Part shown: one piece after another, positions 1 to 12,111 of the stretch | How the letters are laid out: each line of letters begins with the position of its first letter | Position numbering within the stretch: the first letter of the stretch is position 1 | NCBI GenBank assembly: GCA_965207225.1 | Contig: CBDBLV010000005.1 | Coordinates: 224,001 to 288,000 of the forward strand | DNA: 64,000 bases | DNA from: Dehalococcoidia bacterium | GTDB taxonomy: Bacteria > Chloroflexota > Dehalococcoidia > Plut-88900 | Reading direction: 5' to 3' | Made by a program: the position numbers and the translations under genes | Notes under the pieces: model-generated | Database searches by the model: none | The model's input: the letters and a program-made list of their open reading frames with translations, nothing else | Told to the model about the DNA's origin: nothing

Positions 1-418
<418 letters not shown>

Positions 419-492
419 TCAGTTCCTCCAAATGGTGGGCTATACGAGAATGTAACTCTTTGTCGAGCCTGGTTCTTCTAGTTCCGAAATCC

Positions 493-828
493 TTAGTCCT
501 TCATTGCCCTGGACGGTCGCCACTCCCATTTTCCTTCCCCGAACCGGCGCTTAATCTCATCCGCCAGGGTTGGGGTTTCACGCAAATGGTTGAACAAACC
601 CATCACCTCCGGGCTGTCGAAACCGTAGTAGTCTCTCCGTATGTGGTAGTGACAAGAATCGCACAGCCACGCCGCCGGGTACTTCTCGTCTCCTTCGTAC
701 CAATGCAGTTCATTTCCCCAGTAATAGGCTTCATCATGCCAACCAGTGACATTGACGCATTCGTACAGATGCAAGGCCTCCGGGATTGGAGCGGATTCCC
801 ACGGCCTGCGTTTTATGTTCTCGGTCAA
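493..828 (-). CDS. Hypothetical protein (Trp/Tyr-rich, one CxxC)
   Basis: 111-aa ORF co-oriented with eno/gap; WLCDSCH motif; no recognised family. Confidence 0.5.
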   Translation of the reverse strand: MTENIKRRPWESAPIPEALHLYECVNVTGWHDEAYYWGNELHWYEGDEKYPAAWLCDSCHYHIRRDYYGFDSPEVMGLFNHLRETPTLADEIKRRFGEGKWEWRPSRAMKD

Positions 829-844
829 GGTACACCAGCCTGAC

Positions 845-1015
845 CTACTGCCCTTCCAGCTTGGACAGGGCCCGACGGTTGTTCCACTCCTCGTTGTCGT
901 AGGTTGAGAGACCCTCGGCCCGGTTGAGGGCGTCCTTGTAGCAGGACATGCAGTAGACGTTGTACTCCCGACGGAGCCACCTTTCGACCTTCTTGCTGCA
1001 CACGCTGCAGTTCAT
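845..1015 (-). CDS. Small putative zinc-binding protein (56 aa, CxxC...CxxC)
   Basis: Not in ORF track; manual translation MNCSVCSKKVERWLRREYNVYCMSCYKDALNRAEG...; GGAGG RBS 7 nt upstream of ATG. Confidence 0.65.
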   Translation of the reverse strand: MNCSVCSKKVERWLRREYNVYCMSCYKDALNRAEGLSTYDNEEWNNRRALSKLEGQ

Positions 1016-1054
1016 GTTCACGCCTCCCGATACTGGAGCCGGCCGCCAGCACCA

Positions 1055-2908
<1,854 letters not shown>

Positions 2909-3034
2909 TTACTGCTCGACCCTTCGACTCCGCTCAGGAATGACGGGGCACGGGGGAGGGGATGCGCTCAGTACCAAGGATGTATTCCCGATCGGAGTCG
3001 GGTGTGGGGTGGGGATGAGAGTTCAGGAGTAATT

Positions 3035-3090
3035 CTACATTTGTTCTTGACTTCTAAAACAGAACGTATATACTGTTAGCAAATCTGTTC
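3035..3090 (+). promoter_or_regulatory. Sigma70-type promoter of the capsid operon, overlapped by LexA-like boxes
   Basis: TTGACT (3047-3052), 16 nt, TATACT (3069-3074); degenerate GAAC-N4-GTTC sites CTACATTTGTTC (3035-3046), GAACGTATATAC (3062-3073), GCAAATCTGTTC (3079-3090); AAGGAGG RBS before 3107. Confidence 0.6.
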
Positions 3091-3106
3091 AGCTAAGGAG
3101 GAATTT

Positions 3107-3535
3107 ATGTCCGAAGAACCTACAGCCCAGGGCCCCGATCCCGAGTCGTCACCGGACGACGTTGAAGCCCCGATACCCGAGGAATCACCCCCGGAGGAGT
3201 CGCCGGAGATAAAGCGCCTGAACCTTCTGATTGCCGAGAAGGACGCAGAGATCAAAGGGATCAAGCAGCAGGTCGAACTGGCCGTGGGTAGATACCGCAG
3301 CGTTCTGATAGCCGGATCCCCAGAGCTGCCGGAAGAACTGGTGCAAGGAAGCACCATCGAGGAGCTGGACCGCTCCGTGGAATCGGCGAAGAAGATCGTC
3401 GAGAAGGTGGTGTCCCGCATCGAGGCCTGGGCCCCGGAGGCCCGGGTGCCGTCGGGGGCGCCTGCCCGGCGACCCGCTGATGTCTTGGGTCTCAGCGCCC
3501 GGGAAAAGATCCTGTACGCAATCAACAAGAGCTAG
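3107..3535 (+). CDS. Putative phage capsid scaffolding protein
   Basis: Acidic/Pro-rich N-terminus, coiled-coil middle, C-terminal LSAREKI helix; strong RBS; directly upstream of capsid gene. Confidence 0.65.
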   Translation: MSEEPTAQGPDPESSPDDVEAPIPEESPPEESPEIKRLNLLIAEKDAEIKGIKQQVELAVGRYRSVLIAGSPELPEELVQGSTIEELDRSVESAKKIVEKVVSRIEAWAPEARVPSGAPARRPADVLGLSAREKILYAINKS

Positions 3536-3568
3536 CCATAGCACACGAATAGCAAGGAGGAAAAACAT

Positions 3569-4459
3569 ATGGCATTAACGCTTACTGAGTCCGCAAAGCT
3601 GTCCAACGACGTGCTCCTGTCGGGAGTGGTCGAGACCATAGTCAACGAGAGTCCGGTGCTCCAGCACCTGCCTTTCATCGAGATAGTCGGCAACTCCCTG
3701 ACCTACAACCGGGAGAACGCCGCCCCCACCGTAGCCTTCTACGACGTGGGTGATGCCTGGGCCGAGTCCACGCCCACATTCACCCAGGTAACCGCCACTC
3801 TGAAGATCCTCGGGGGCGACGCCGACGTGGACAACTACGTGGCGGCGACCCGCAGCAACATCCAGGACCTGGGGGCCGCGGTAGTCGAGCTGAAGGCCAA
3901 GGCCGTCCAGCAGAAGTTCGACGACACGTTCATCAACGGAGACACCGACGACAACGCCAAGGCATTCGACGGGATAGACAAGCTGACGCCGGAAAGCCAG
4001 ACGGTAAGCATGGGTGACAACGGAGCGACCCTGACGCTGGACAAGCTGGATGAGCTGATAGACAAAGTGAAGACCGGCAAGCCCGACATGCTGATCATGA
4101 GCCGGAGGACCCGGCGCAAGATGAACTCGCTGGTACGGGACTCCGGAAGCGGGTTCCTGCAGACGGACCGCAACATGCTCGGCCGGATGGTCCAGTACTA
4201 CGACGGCGTGCCCATCGGGATCAGCGACTGGGTGTCCGACGAGCAGAGGGCCGGGACCAGCCGGGACAGCTCCACGGTTTACGCTGTGCAATTCGGCGAG
4301 GAAGGGGTGTCGGGGCTGACGGGGTCCTCGGGGCTGCAGGTCGAGCGGGTCGGGAGCCTGGAGACCAAGGACGCCACCCGGACCCGGGTCAAATGGTACG
4401 TGGCCGTAGCCCTCTTCAGCACGGTGAAGCTGGCAAAGCTCACGGGAGTGCGGAACTAG
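3569..4459 (+). CDS. Phage major capsid protein (HK97-like fold)
   Basis: 296 aa; SPVLQHLPF-x-GNSLTYNRE, GGDADVDNY, FINGD...AFDGIDKL, LDKLDELID, YDGVPIG features typical of tailed-phage MCPs; AAGGAGG RBS. Confidence 0.85.
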   Translation: MALTLTESAKLSNDVLLSGVVETIVNESPVLQHLPFIEIVGNSLTYNRENAAPTVAFYDVGDAWAESTPTFTQVTATLKILGGDADVDNYVAATRSNIQDLGAAVVELKAKAVQQKFDDTFINGDTDDNAKAFDGIDKLTPESQTVSMGDNGATLTLDKLDELIDKVKTGKPDMLIMSRRTRRKMNSLVRDSGSGFLQTDRNMLGRMVQYYDGVPIGISDWVSDEQRAGTSRDSSTVYAVQFGEEGVSGLTGSSGLQVERVGSLETKDATRTRVKWYVAVALFSTVKLAKLTGVRN

Positions 4460-4491
4460 CCCGGGCCCCGGGAGCAAGAGGGAGGCAACCC

Positions 4492-5112
4492 ATGACAACG
4501 CTAACCGACATCCGGGCCCGCGTCCGCACTGACCTGCACGATGAAGACGCCGGGGAGTACCGCTGGGCCAGCGCAGAGCTGGACCGGCACGTCTCCCACG
4601 CCCTCCGGGAACTCAGCCTGGCCGTACCCGTTGAGAGCAAGGCGAACCTGGAGGTCCCCGCCGGGTCACGGGACATCTCCCTTTCTTCCCTGGCCGGCCT
4701 GGTGCTCGTCGATTCCGTCGAGTACCCGGCCCGTCAGTTCCCGCCGGCTTACGTCGAGTTCCGGGTCTGGGGAGACACCCTGACCCTACTCACGGAACAG
4801 ACCCCGAGCGAAGGAGAAGAGGCCGCTGTCTACTACGGCAAGCTCCACACGCTGAACTACACGTCTTCGACGGTTCCGGAAGCGCTGGAAGACGTGCTGG
4901 TGGCGGGGGCGTCGGGCTACGCGGCGCTCAGTATGTCCGGGTTCACGATAAACCGGATCAATGCCGGCGGCGACGCAGTGTGGAGGGACTACATGGCATG
5001 GGGTCGGGAGCGGATGAACGTCTTTCACCGGGCGTTGGCGAAGCACGGGCGCGGGGGCAGGCTCAGGGCCCGACAGCTTCGCCGCGCAATGCCTGCGGCA
5101 GGGAACCGATAG
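4492..5112 (+). CDS. Putative head-tail adaptor/connector protein
   Basis: MTTLTDIRARVRTDLHD...RWASAELDRHV N-terminal pattern like phage adaptor proteins; immediately after MCP; GGAGG RBS before ATG 4492. Confidence 0.6.
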   Translation: MTTLTDIRARVRTDLHDEDAGEYRWASAELDRHVSHALRELSLAVPVESKANLEVPAGSRDISLSSLAGLVLVDSVEYPARQFPPAYVEFRVWGDTLTLLTEQTPSEGEEAAVYYGKLHTLNYTSSTVPEALEDVLVAGASGYAALSMSGFTINRINAGGDAVWRDYMAWGRERMNVFHRALAKHGRGGRLRARQLRRAMPAAGNR

Positions 5113-5113
5113 C

Positions 5114-7105
5114 ATGAGAGCTTTGTCCGACGCTCTGTTAAAGGCGCAAAGATCGGCGTCGTCCCGTCCATGGGTCAGGGTGGAGGCGCTGGACCGGATG
5201 GCGGGTATAGCCCGCCTCCGGTTCCGGCGCCTCCATACCGGATCCGAGTCCGAGGGGCCTCACGCTCTGACGATCCCCGCCGACGGGAGCCTCGTCCGGG
5301 CCCGCATCGATCCATCAAATGGCCACATCCTCTACTACCAGCGGGTTGCCATCCCCTCTTCGGCCTCCGACTTCACGCGCTGGATCTCCTTAGGCGCCGT
5401 TTCCAGGGACGCAGAGGTGGCGCTGTGCTCCAGGGGGTCAGAAGTCTTGCTGTTCTCGGTATCCACCAACCGACGCACAATCTACGTCCGCACCAGCACC
5501 GACAGCGGAGCGACCTTTGGGCAACCCGTCTACGTCACCACCGCCTTTTCGACGGTTGCATCGCTGGCCGCTGCTTTCAAACCCGACGGCACGGCTCTGC
5601 TGCTTTACGTGATTGGGAACGGACTCTACGCAATTCGGCGCTCCGCCGGGAGCTGGGGATCGACCCGCATCTGGACAAACGCCCTGTCCCGCATTGACGG
5701 TGTGGCTGCCTACTTCAACAACGATTGGAACGTGGTGGTCACGGGTCGGGATGCCGGGAACAGCAAGAATGGGGTGTGGGGAACGATGCTCGGAGACGGA
5801 GCGGACCGGGCCGCAGGTACATGGTCGGGGTTAAAGGTCATCACGGAGTCGAGACCCGGTCAGGCCCTGGACTACAGCGCTCCTTCCCTTGACAGGCCGG
5901 ATGTGGACAGGCTTTTCTTCACCGAGCAGGTCACGGGGCAAGGCGGGCATAACAGACCCTTTTTCACCTTTACGACGCCCTCGACATCCTTTTCGGACAG
6001 CCTCTGGCGGGAGCCCGCAGCCTTTGAATTCGACTCGGCCTATGGCATGGCCCTGGCGCACACATCCGACCAGGCCTGGCTCTCGACGGCCAACGGCGTT
6101 TGGTCTGCGCCCATTAATCCCCCACCCCTGGACCTGAGTGAAAACATTGTCTCGGTGAACGGCAAGGAATCAACTAGGTCTGCCAGATGGCAAATCGAGC
6201 TGCGCAACGACGACGGACGGTATTCGAAACCAGGAGAAGGCAATTTGGAGCTCTTGGCCAAGGGTTCGGAGGTGAGGGTCGGGCTGGGTTACGTGACTGG
6301 GCAAGGCAGGCAGTCTTCTCCATGCTCTCCTGTCTGGATAGAAAGCCTGGAGCATCGCCGCGTTGGAGGAAGCTCCACCCTAGTAGTCCATGCTACGGGT
6401 GCCTGGGGGCTGCTGGACTGGCAGCAGGCGCGCCGGGAGCGAACGTGGGCCGTAGGAGATGCGACCGTATTCCAGATACTTAGGTCAGTCCTCGCCCGGG
6501 CGGGCTACGAATGCACGAGCCTGTCCTCCAACTTCCTGCTGGACAACCACCGGCCCGAATTCCTGGTCGAGGAGTCGGAGCCGCTGGACATGGTGGTCGA
6601 GCGGCTCATGGCCTACATGCCGGACGTGCTGCTGACAGCATCGAGAGGCGGCTTCACTCTACGAACACCCTCGGCCGACGAGGAGACGACATATATGTAC
6701 GGCTCTGGACATGGGATCCGGGAGGGGAACTACCTGGACCCGGTCCCGAGGCACAGCCGGGCAATAGTCTTTGGGTCGGGGCACACCAGTGATGTGCCGG
6801 ACTGGTCGGACTTCCCCGACCTCTTTGACAGGCCCATCCACGTCCACGACGAAAGCCTCGACACCCGGGAGAAGACCGACGCGCGGGCCTTTGCCGAGAC
6901 GCGGCGGATGGCAATCCACACCGCTAGGGGAAGCATCACCCTGCGCGTCAACGCCGGCCAGGAACTCTATGACGTGATAGAGGTGACGGACACGGCAGTC
7001 GGCCTCACTTTGGCCAACTACCGGGTGCTTGGGCTGGAGACGCGTTACGTAGCCGGGCCACGGGGGTCTCGGTACGACCAGGTGATCCGGTTGGGCGGGG
7101 TTTAG
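5114..7105 (+). CDS. Putative virion tail/nozzle-like protein (beta-propeller with Asp-box, hub-like C-terminus)
   Basis: 663 aa, beta-rich, Asp-box STDSGATF; starts 1 nt after adaptor stop; ELRNDDGRY and GQELYDVIEVTD segments resemble tail hub proteins. Confidence 0.5.
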   Translation: MRALSDALLKAQRSASSRPWVRVEALDRMAGIARLRFRRLHTGSESEGPHALTIPADGSLVRARIDPSNGHILYYQRVAIPSSASDFTRWISLGAVSRDAEVALCSRGSEVLLFSVSTNRRTIYVRTSTDSGATFGQPVYVTTAFSTVASLAAAFKPDGTALLLYVIGNGLYAIRRSAGSWGSTRIWTNALSRIDGVAAYFNNDWNVVVTGRDAGNSKNGVWGTMLGDGADRAAGTWSGLKVITESRPGQALDYSAPSLDRPDVDRLFFTEQVTGQGGHNRPFFTFTTPSTSFSDSLWREPAAFEFDSAYGMALAHTSDQAWLSTANGVWSAPINPPPLDLSENIVSVNGKESTRSARWQIELRNDDGRYSKPGEGNLELLAKGSEVRVGLGYVTGQGRQSSPCSPVWIESLEHRRVGGSSTLVVHATGAWGLLDWQQARRERTWAVGDATVFQILRSVLARAGYECTSLSSNFLLDNHRPEFLVEESEPLDMVVERLMAYMPDVLLTASRGGFTLRTPSADEETTYMYGSGHGIREGNYLDPVPRHSRAIVFGSGHTSDVPDWSDFPDLFDRPIHVHDESLDTREKTDARAFAETRRMAIHTARGSITLRVNAGQELYDVIEVTDTAVGLTLANYRVLGLETRYVAGPRGSRYDQVIRLGGV

Positions 7106-7164
7106 GCAGCCGGATCTGCGGCAGCCCAACCGAATACCTTCCATCGTATGCAGCCGATGTCCCT

Positions 7165-7701
7165 TTACTCAGACCCCAGAACGCCCCCCGTGATTATAAG
7201 AACGATTACGTACAGGACTACCCAGGGTATCGCCGAAACAATTACCACGAAGAAGGCCCGCAGAGTCGAGGTGTAGTCCAAGGCCTGTCGGACGCCCACT
7301 ACCATGGCAGCGACACTCCAGACGAAGGCCACCAGGACTATTAGGCCTCCTACGGCCGGGATGAAAGACAATACGTTGAACAGCCCCGGGGTCTGAGCGA
7401 AGCCCGTGCACCGGGCAAGCTGGCCCCAGTTGGCTTCCGTATCGGCCGTCTTGCATATGGTTGCTCCGATAACATATGTAACAAGAGCCCACAGGGCCCA
7501 GCCGATTACTCCCAAGACCACACCGGCAACCACCGACCGCACCACGTCGATTTCTTCGCCGCTCAGCAGCTCGCCAACCAGGCTGGCGATGGTTACCATG
7601 ACCACGATGGCGAGGGCCTGGAGGGTTGCGCCTCTATCCCTTTCTACATCCTCGTAGGTGTGGGAGTCCAATCGGGCGGCGCCTAACATTCTGGCTAACA
7701 T
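7165..7701 (-). CDS. Yip1-domain membrane protein
   Basis: MLARMLGAARLD..YEDVERD..ATLQA, GFAQTPG, VRQALDY; about 5 TM segments; likely start 7701. Confidence 0.8.
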   Translation of the reverse strand: MLARMLGAARLDSHTYEDVERDRGATLQALAIVVMVTIASLVGELLSGEEIDVVRSVVAGVVLGVIGWALWALVTYVIGATICKTADTEANWGQLARCTGFAQTPGLFNVLSFIPAVGGLIVLVAFVWSVAAMVVGVRQALDYTSTLRAFFVVIVSAIPWVVLYVIVLIITGGVLGSE

Positions 7702-7935
7702 TTCATCACCTCGATTCTGGGAGTGCGCACTTTTAACTTTCAGCCCAAGTTTGAACCTTGGAGGTTGGGCTGTGGGGCGACCAGCGGAAGGGCGCGAATG
7801 GGAATCATGTCTTAGACGGTAATGATAGCGGACTCGGGGGCCGGCGGGGAGGGGGTATGTTGACAGTGTAGGGAGTCGGGTGAAAAATAGCCTCCGCGCA
7901 GGACATCCCTTGAACCCTCTTTCACGCGGACTTGA

Positions 7936-9159
7936 TTGCAAACCACCCCTGAAAGCCCCCAACTCCGACGCTGGACAGTAGTTGCCTCCCTCACTTCCTG
8001 TGTAGGCACGTCCCTCAGCATCGTCTTCATCATCGGGATACTGCTTCCTGAAATCTCGGAAGAGTTGGACCTTTCGCCGCTGGCCCAGGGTTGGCTGGGG
8101 TCATCCGTCCTCATAGCCAACCTGATATTCTGCATCCCCGTTAACCTGGTCACATCCAGGTTCAGGCCGTGGCGGACGGTGACGCTGCTGTTTCTCGGGG
8201 TAACGGGCTCGGCGCTGCTGCAGAGCTGGACACCGGTGCTCGGGGCGCTGTTTATCGGTCGGGTGGGCTCCGGGCTCTTTTTCACCTCAACCCAGTCCCC
8301 CCGAGCCCTGCTCATCCAGCAATGGATCCCCGGACACCGCATCTCCTTCACCAACGGCCTGGCCTTTGCAGGCATAGACCTGATCATGGGCATTGGTTTC
8401 CTGGTCACGCCCCAGTTCCAGGCACTGGCCGGGGGATGGCGGGAGACGTTCTTCATCTGGTCGATGATCCTGCTGGGCCTGACGGTGGTCTGGATGATAG
8501 TCGGGGGGGAGAGGGTCACGGAGGAGTACGCGACCCGGGCCCGGGCCGAAACCTCGAGCCCCCTGAACGCCCTGCGCAACTACCGGCAGCTGTGGATCAT
8601 GGGGCTGGGGATGGGGGGCTCGATGGCGGCTCAGGCGGGGTTCCAGAACTTCTGGCCGACGCTGGCGGAGGATAAGCTGGGTTTCGGGGCGGGGTTCGTG
8701 GGGTTGGCCCTGGGAGCTACCACCTTCGCCGCCGCCCCGACCGATTTCCTGGCTAACGCCATTCCCGGCCTGATCAGGCGCCGCACCCTGGTCCTTTCGG
8801 TGTGCAGCATAGCATCGGTAATCTCCCTGACCGGCATGGTCTACGCCACCTCCGCACCCCTGGCCCTGGGTCTGGCCGTGTTGAAGGGGTTCTCCTTCGC
8901 CTTTTTCCCCGTGCTGATGATCATGGTGTTCCTGATCCCGGGCATCAGGCCGAGAGAGATAGGCATAGGAATGTCGTTCATGGAGACGTCGATCTGGGGA
9001 GGGTCGGCGATCGGGCCGCTGCTGGTCGGGGGTCTGCAGCAGGCGACGGGAGACCTTCAGACAGCCCTGTTCATCAACGGGCTTCTGCCGTCGATACTCC
9101 TAGTGTCGGCGGGGATGCTGTACGTGAGGGAGCGGAGGGCGGCTTTGCAGTCGGGATGA
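7936..9159 (+). CDS. MFS transporter
   Basis: 407 aa, about 12 hydrophobic segments, GWRETF, GPLLVGGL motifs. Confidence 0.9.
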   Translation: MQTTPESPQLRRWTVVASLTSCVGTSLSIVFIIGILLPEISEELDLSPLAQGWLGSSVLIANLIFCIPVNLVTSRFRPWRTVTLLFLGVTGSALLQSWTPVLGALFIGRVGSGLFFTSTQSPRALLIQQWIPGHRISFTNGLAFAGIDLIMGIGFLVTPQFQALAGGWRETFFIWSMILLGLTVVWMIVGGERVTEEYATRARAETSSPLNALRNYRQLWIMGLGMGGSMAAQAGFQNFWPTLAEDKLGFGAGFVGLALGATTFAAAPTDFLANAIPGLIRRRTLVLSVCSIASVISLTGMVYATSAPLALGLAVLKGFSFAFFPVLMIMVFLIPGIRPREIGIGMSFMETSIWGGSAIGPLLVGGLQQATGDLQTALFINGLLPSILLVSAGMLYVRERRAALQSG

Positions 9160-9225
9160 GGGTCGGATAACGGCTTGCGACGAGGAGAAGGCAACCCGGC
9201 AACAAAAGGAGCGAATGACCTGGCG

Positions 9226-9435
9226 CTAATTCAGCAGCACAGCCGTCGTCACCCCGCTGGCAACAGCCGCAAGGATCGACCCGATAATCCCAATGCTGAC
9301 CCACAGCAGCTTGTCCAGTTTGGATTCAAGCTTGTCAATCCGACCTTCCAGCCGGGTGAAACCACTTTCCAGTTGACGATGGCCCTCAATTAAGGCGCCA
9401 ATTGTTTGAGCAGTAGTAGTATCGACAGTAGTCAT
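9226..9435 (-). CDS. Small coiled-coil protein with C-terminal TM anchor
   Basis: RLEGRIDKLESKLDK followed by hydrophobic tail; AT-rich upstream region. Confidence 0.65.
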   Translation of the reverse strand: MTTVDTTTAQTIGALIEGHRQLESGFTRLEGRIDKLESKLDKLLWVSIGIIGSILAAVASGVTTAVLLN

Positions 9436-9648
9436 GTGTGTCAGTCTCTAGGTGGATTGCTCATAGAATAATCAAGTCAATACATTGTGTCAAATTGTTG
9501 TATTTATTGACCCATTCGAGACGAGGCATGATTTACTTGTAGGGGACTTTGGCATCCTCCCAGTCTTAAGGTCCTAAGCTCCCCATCCCCCATGCTACAA
9601 TTACCCCCGTTCCCGACTCGGCATTTATCGCACATTTCGGAGGCACAC

Positions 9649-10431
9649 TTGAGGCTTAAGGATAAGGTCGCGATTGTCACGGGGGCCACGGCGGGGATGG
9701 GTCGGGCGGCGGCGGAGCTTTTTGCCCGGGAAGGGGCCAGGGTGGTGATGTGCGGGCGCAGGAAGGAGTTGGGGCAGGAGATCATCGACCTGATAAAGGG
9801 GTGGGGTGGGGAGGCGACCTTTGTTACAGCGGATGTGGCCCGGGCCGAGGACGTGAAGCGCGTCGTCGACACCGCAGTCTCGACATACGGCAGGCTGGAC
9901 GTGCTGTTCAACAACGCCGGCATCAACGAGCACACCGAGGGCGACCCCGACAAGGAGCCCGTCGAAATCTGGGACAGGATCATCGACGTCAACCTGAAAG
10001 GCACGTTCCTCGGCATGAAGTACGCCATCCCGGAGATGCGCAAGGCCGGGGGCGGTTCCATAATCAACAACTCCTCGGTCAACGACTCCCAAGCCGACAT
10101 GGTGTCCATGTCCTCCTACCACGCCTCCAAGGGCGGGGTCACGGCCCTTACCAAGAAGGCCGCCGTGGAGTATGCCTCCGACAACATCCGGGTCAACGCG
10201 GTGAACCCGGGGCCCATCGCTACGGAAATGGTGGACATACCCTGGGACAAGCTTACCGACCCGGACATCGTCGCCGAGCGCAAGACCAAGCAGCCCCTGA
10301 ACCGGATGGGCCACCCCATGGACGTAGCCTACGCAGCGCTCTATTTCGCCTGCGAGGAGTCGGCGTTTGTGACGGGGGCGACATTGCTGATAGACGGCGG
10401 GCAGTCGGCGGCATACCGGGACCCGGTGTAG
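9649..10431 (+). CDS. Short-chain dehydrogenase/reductase (SDR) paralog 1
   Basis: TGATAGMG, NNAG, YHASK, IRVNAVNPG; TTG start at 9649 after GGAGG gives 260 aa like its paralogs. Confidence 0.95.
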   Translation: MRLKDKVAIVTGATAGMGRAAAELFAREGARVVMCGRRKELGQEIIDLIKGWGGEATFVTADVARAEDVKRVVDTAVSTYGRLDVLFNNAGINEHTEGDPDKEPVEIWDRIIDVNLKGTFLGMKYAIPEMRKAGGGSIINNSSVNDSQADMVSMSSYHASKGGVTALTKKAAVEYASDNIRVNAVNPGPIATEMVDIPWDKLTDPDIVAERKTKQPLNRMGHPMDVAYAALYFACEESAFVTGATLLIDGGQSAAYRDPV

Positions 10432-10456
10432 CAGAGAAAAGTAACCGGAGAAGAAC

Positions 10457-11239
10457 ATGAGGCTGGATGGAAAAGTTGCCATAGTCACAGGGGCCACCGC
10501 CGGGATGGGCAGGGCTGCCGCAGAGCTGTTCGCAGAGGAAGGGGCCAAGGTGGTGATGTGCGGGCGCCGGGAGTCGCTGGGACAGGAGGTTGTGGACGTG
10601 ATCAAGGGGAAGGGTGGGGAGGCCACCTTCGTCAAGGCCAATGTGGCCAGCGAAGAAGACGTGCAGAAGGTGGTGGACACGGCGGTCGGGAGCTACGGCA
10701 GGCTGGACGTGCTGTTCAACAACGCCGGCACGGACACCGGGTGGCTTGACGACCCCGCCCAGGAGGCCGAGGAGGACTGGGACCGGGTCATCGACGTAAA
10801 CCTGAAGGGCACGTTCATGTGCATGAAGTATGCTGTGCCGGAGATGCGCAAGGTCGGGGGTGGGTCCATCATCAACAACTCGTCGGTGTGGGACGTACAG
10901 GCGCCCCTGTCCTCCAGCCCCTCTTACCACGCTTCCAAGGGCGGGGTTACGGCCCTAACCAAGAAGGCCGCCGTGGTCTACGCAGCCGACAACATCCGCG
11001 TGAACGCAGTTAACCCGGGCGCTGTCGCAACGGAGATGGTCGACATCCCGTGGAACAAGCTGGACGACCCCGAGGTGATCGAGTCCCGCAAGAAGCTGCA
11101 ACCCCTGCCCCGCATGGGCCACCCCAGGGACGTGGCCTACGCCGCCCTCTACTTCGCCTGCGAGGAGTCGGCTTTCGTGACGGGGGCCACACTGCTCGTT
11201 GATGGTGGTCAGTCGTCGGCTTATCGAGATGTCGTCTGA
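10457..11239 (+). CDS. SDR paralog 2
   Basis: TGATAGMG, NNAG, YHASK. Confidence 0.95.
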   Translation: MRLDGKVAIVTGATAGMGRAAAELFAEEGAKVVMCGRRESLGQEVVDVIKGKGGEATFVKANVASEEDVQKVVDTAVGSYGRLDVLFNNAGTDTGWLDDPAQEAEEDWDRVIDVNLKGTFMCMKYAVPEMRKVGGGSIINNSSVWDVQAPLSSSPSYHASKGGVTALTKKAAVVYAADNIRVNAVNPGAVATEMVDIPWNKLDDPEVIESRKKLQPLPRMGHPRDVAYAALYFACEESAFVTGATLLVDGGQSSAYRDVV

Positions 11240-11284
11240 CGACAGCGATTCCTGATCAAATTCCACTACCGGGAGAAGCACATC

Positions 11285-12067
11285 ATGAGGCTTGAAGGTA
11301 AGGTCGCGATCGTGACGGGAGCCACTGCGGGTATGGGCAGAGCGGCGGCAGAGCTCTTTGCCCTGGAGGGTGCCAAGGTGGTGATGTGCGGCAGGCGTGA
11401 ATCGCTGGGTCAGGAAATCCTTGGTGTGATCAAGGGGCGGGGTGGGGAGGCGACTTTCGTCACGGCGGATGTGTCCAAGACAGAGGACGTGAAACGAGTA
11501 ATCAAAGCCGCTGTGGACACCTACGGAAGACTTGATGTCCTGTTCAACAACGCCGGCATTGACAGCGGTCTCATGGACGACCCAACCCAGGAGTCAGAGG
11601 AGGACTGGGACCGAGTCATAGACGTCAACCTGAAGGGAACGTTCCTGGGTATCAAGTACGCAGTGCCGGAGATGCGCAAGGTCGGGGGTGGGTCCATCAT
11701 CAACAACTCGTCCGTCAATGACACCCAGGCGGGGGTGGCCTCCACCATTTCCTATCACGCATCCAAGGGCGGCGTCACAGCCCTGACGAAGAAGGCCGCA
11801 GTGGTCCACGCCGCCGACAACATCCGGGTCAATGCCGTCAACCCCGGCCCGATCGCCACGGAAATGGTGGACATCCCCTGGGACAAGCTCACCGATCCCG
11901 ATACCATAGAGACACGCCTGAGGCTGCAACCCCTTCGTCGGATGGGCCACCCCATGGACGTCGCCTACGCAGCCCTATACTTTGCATCCGACGAGTCGGC
12001 CTTCGTGACTGGGGCCACGCTGATAATCGACGGTGGTCAGGCGGCGGCGTACCGGGACGTCGTATAG
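11285..12067 (+). CDS. SDR paralog 3
   Basis: TGATAGMG, NNAG, YHASK. Confidence 0.95.
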   Translation: MRLEGKVAIVTGATAGMGRAAAELFALEGAKVVMCGRRESLGQEILGVIKGRGGEATFVTADVSKTEDVKRVIKAAVDTYGRLDVLFNNAGIDSGLMDDPTQESEEDWDRVIDVNLKGTFLGIKYAVPEMRKVGGGSIINNSSVNDTQAGVASTISYHASKGGVTALTKKAAVVHAADNIRVNAVNPGPIATEMVDIPWDKLTDPDTIETRLRLQPLRRMGHPMDVAYAALYFASDESAFVTGATLIIDGGQAAAYRDVV

Positions 12068-12111
12068 CCGTCCGATCCTTCTATATTTACCTCATTCTTT
12101 AGGAGGAGCGC

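Noticed and set aside
3569-4459. Encapsulin nanocompartment
   Set aside because: Accompanied by scaffold and adaptor genes, with portal and terminase nearby, and no cargo enzyme; this fits a DNA-packaging head better.
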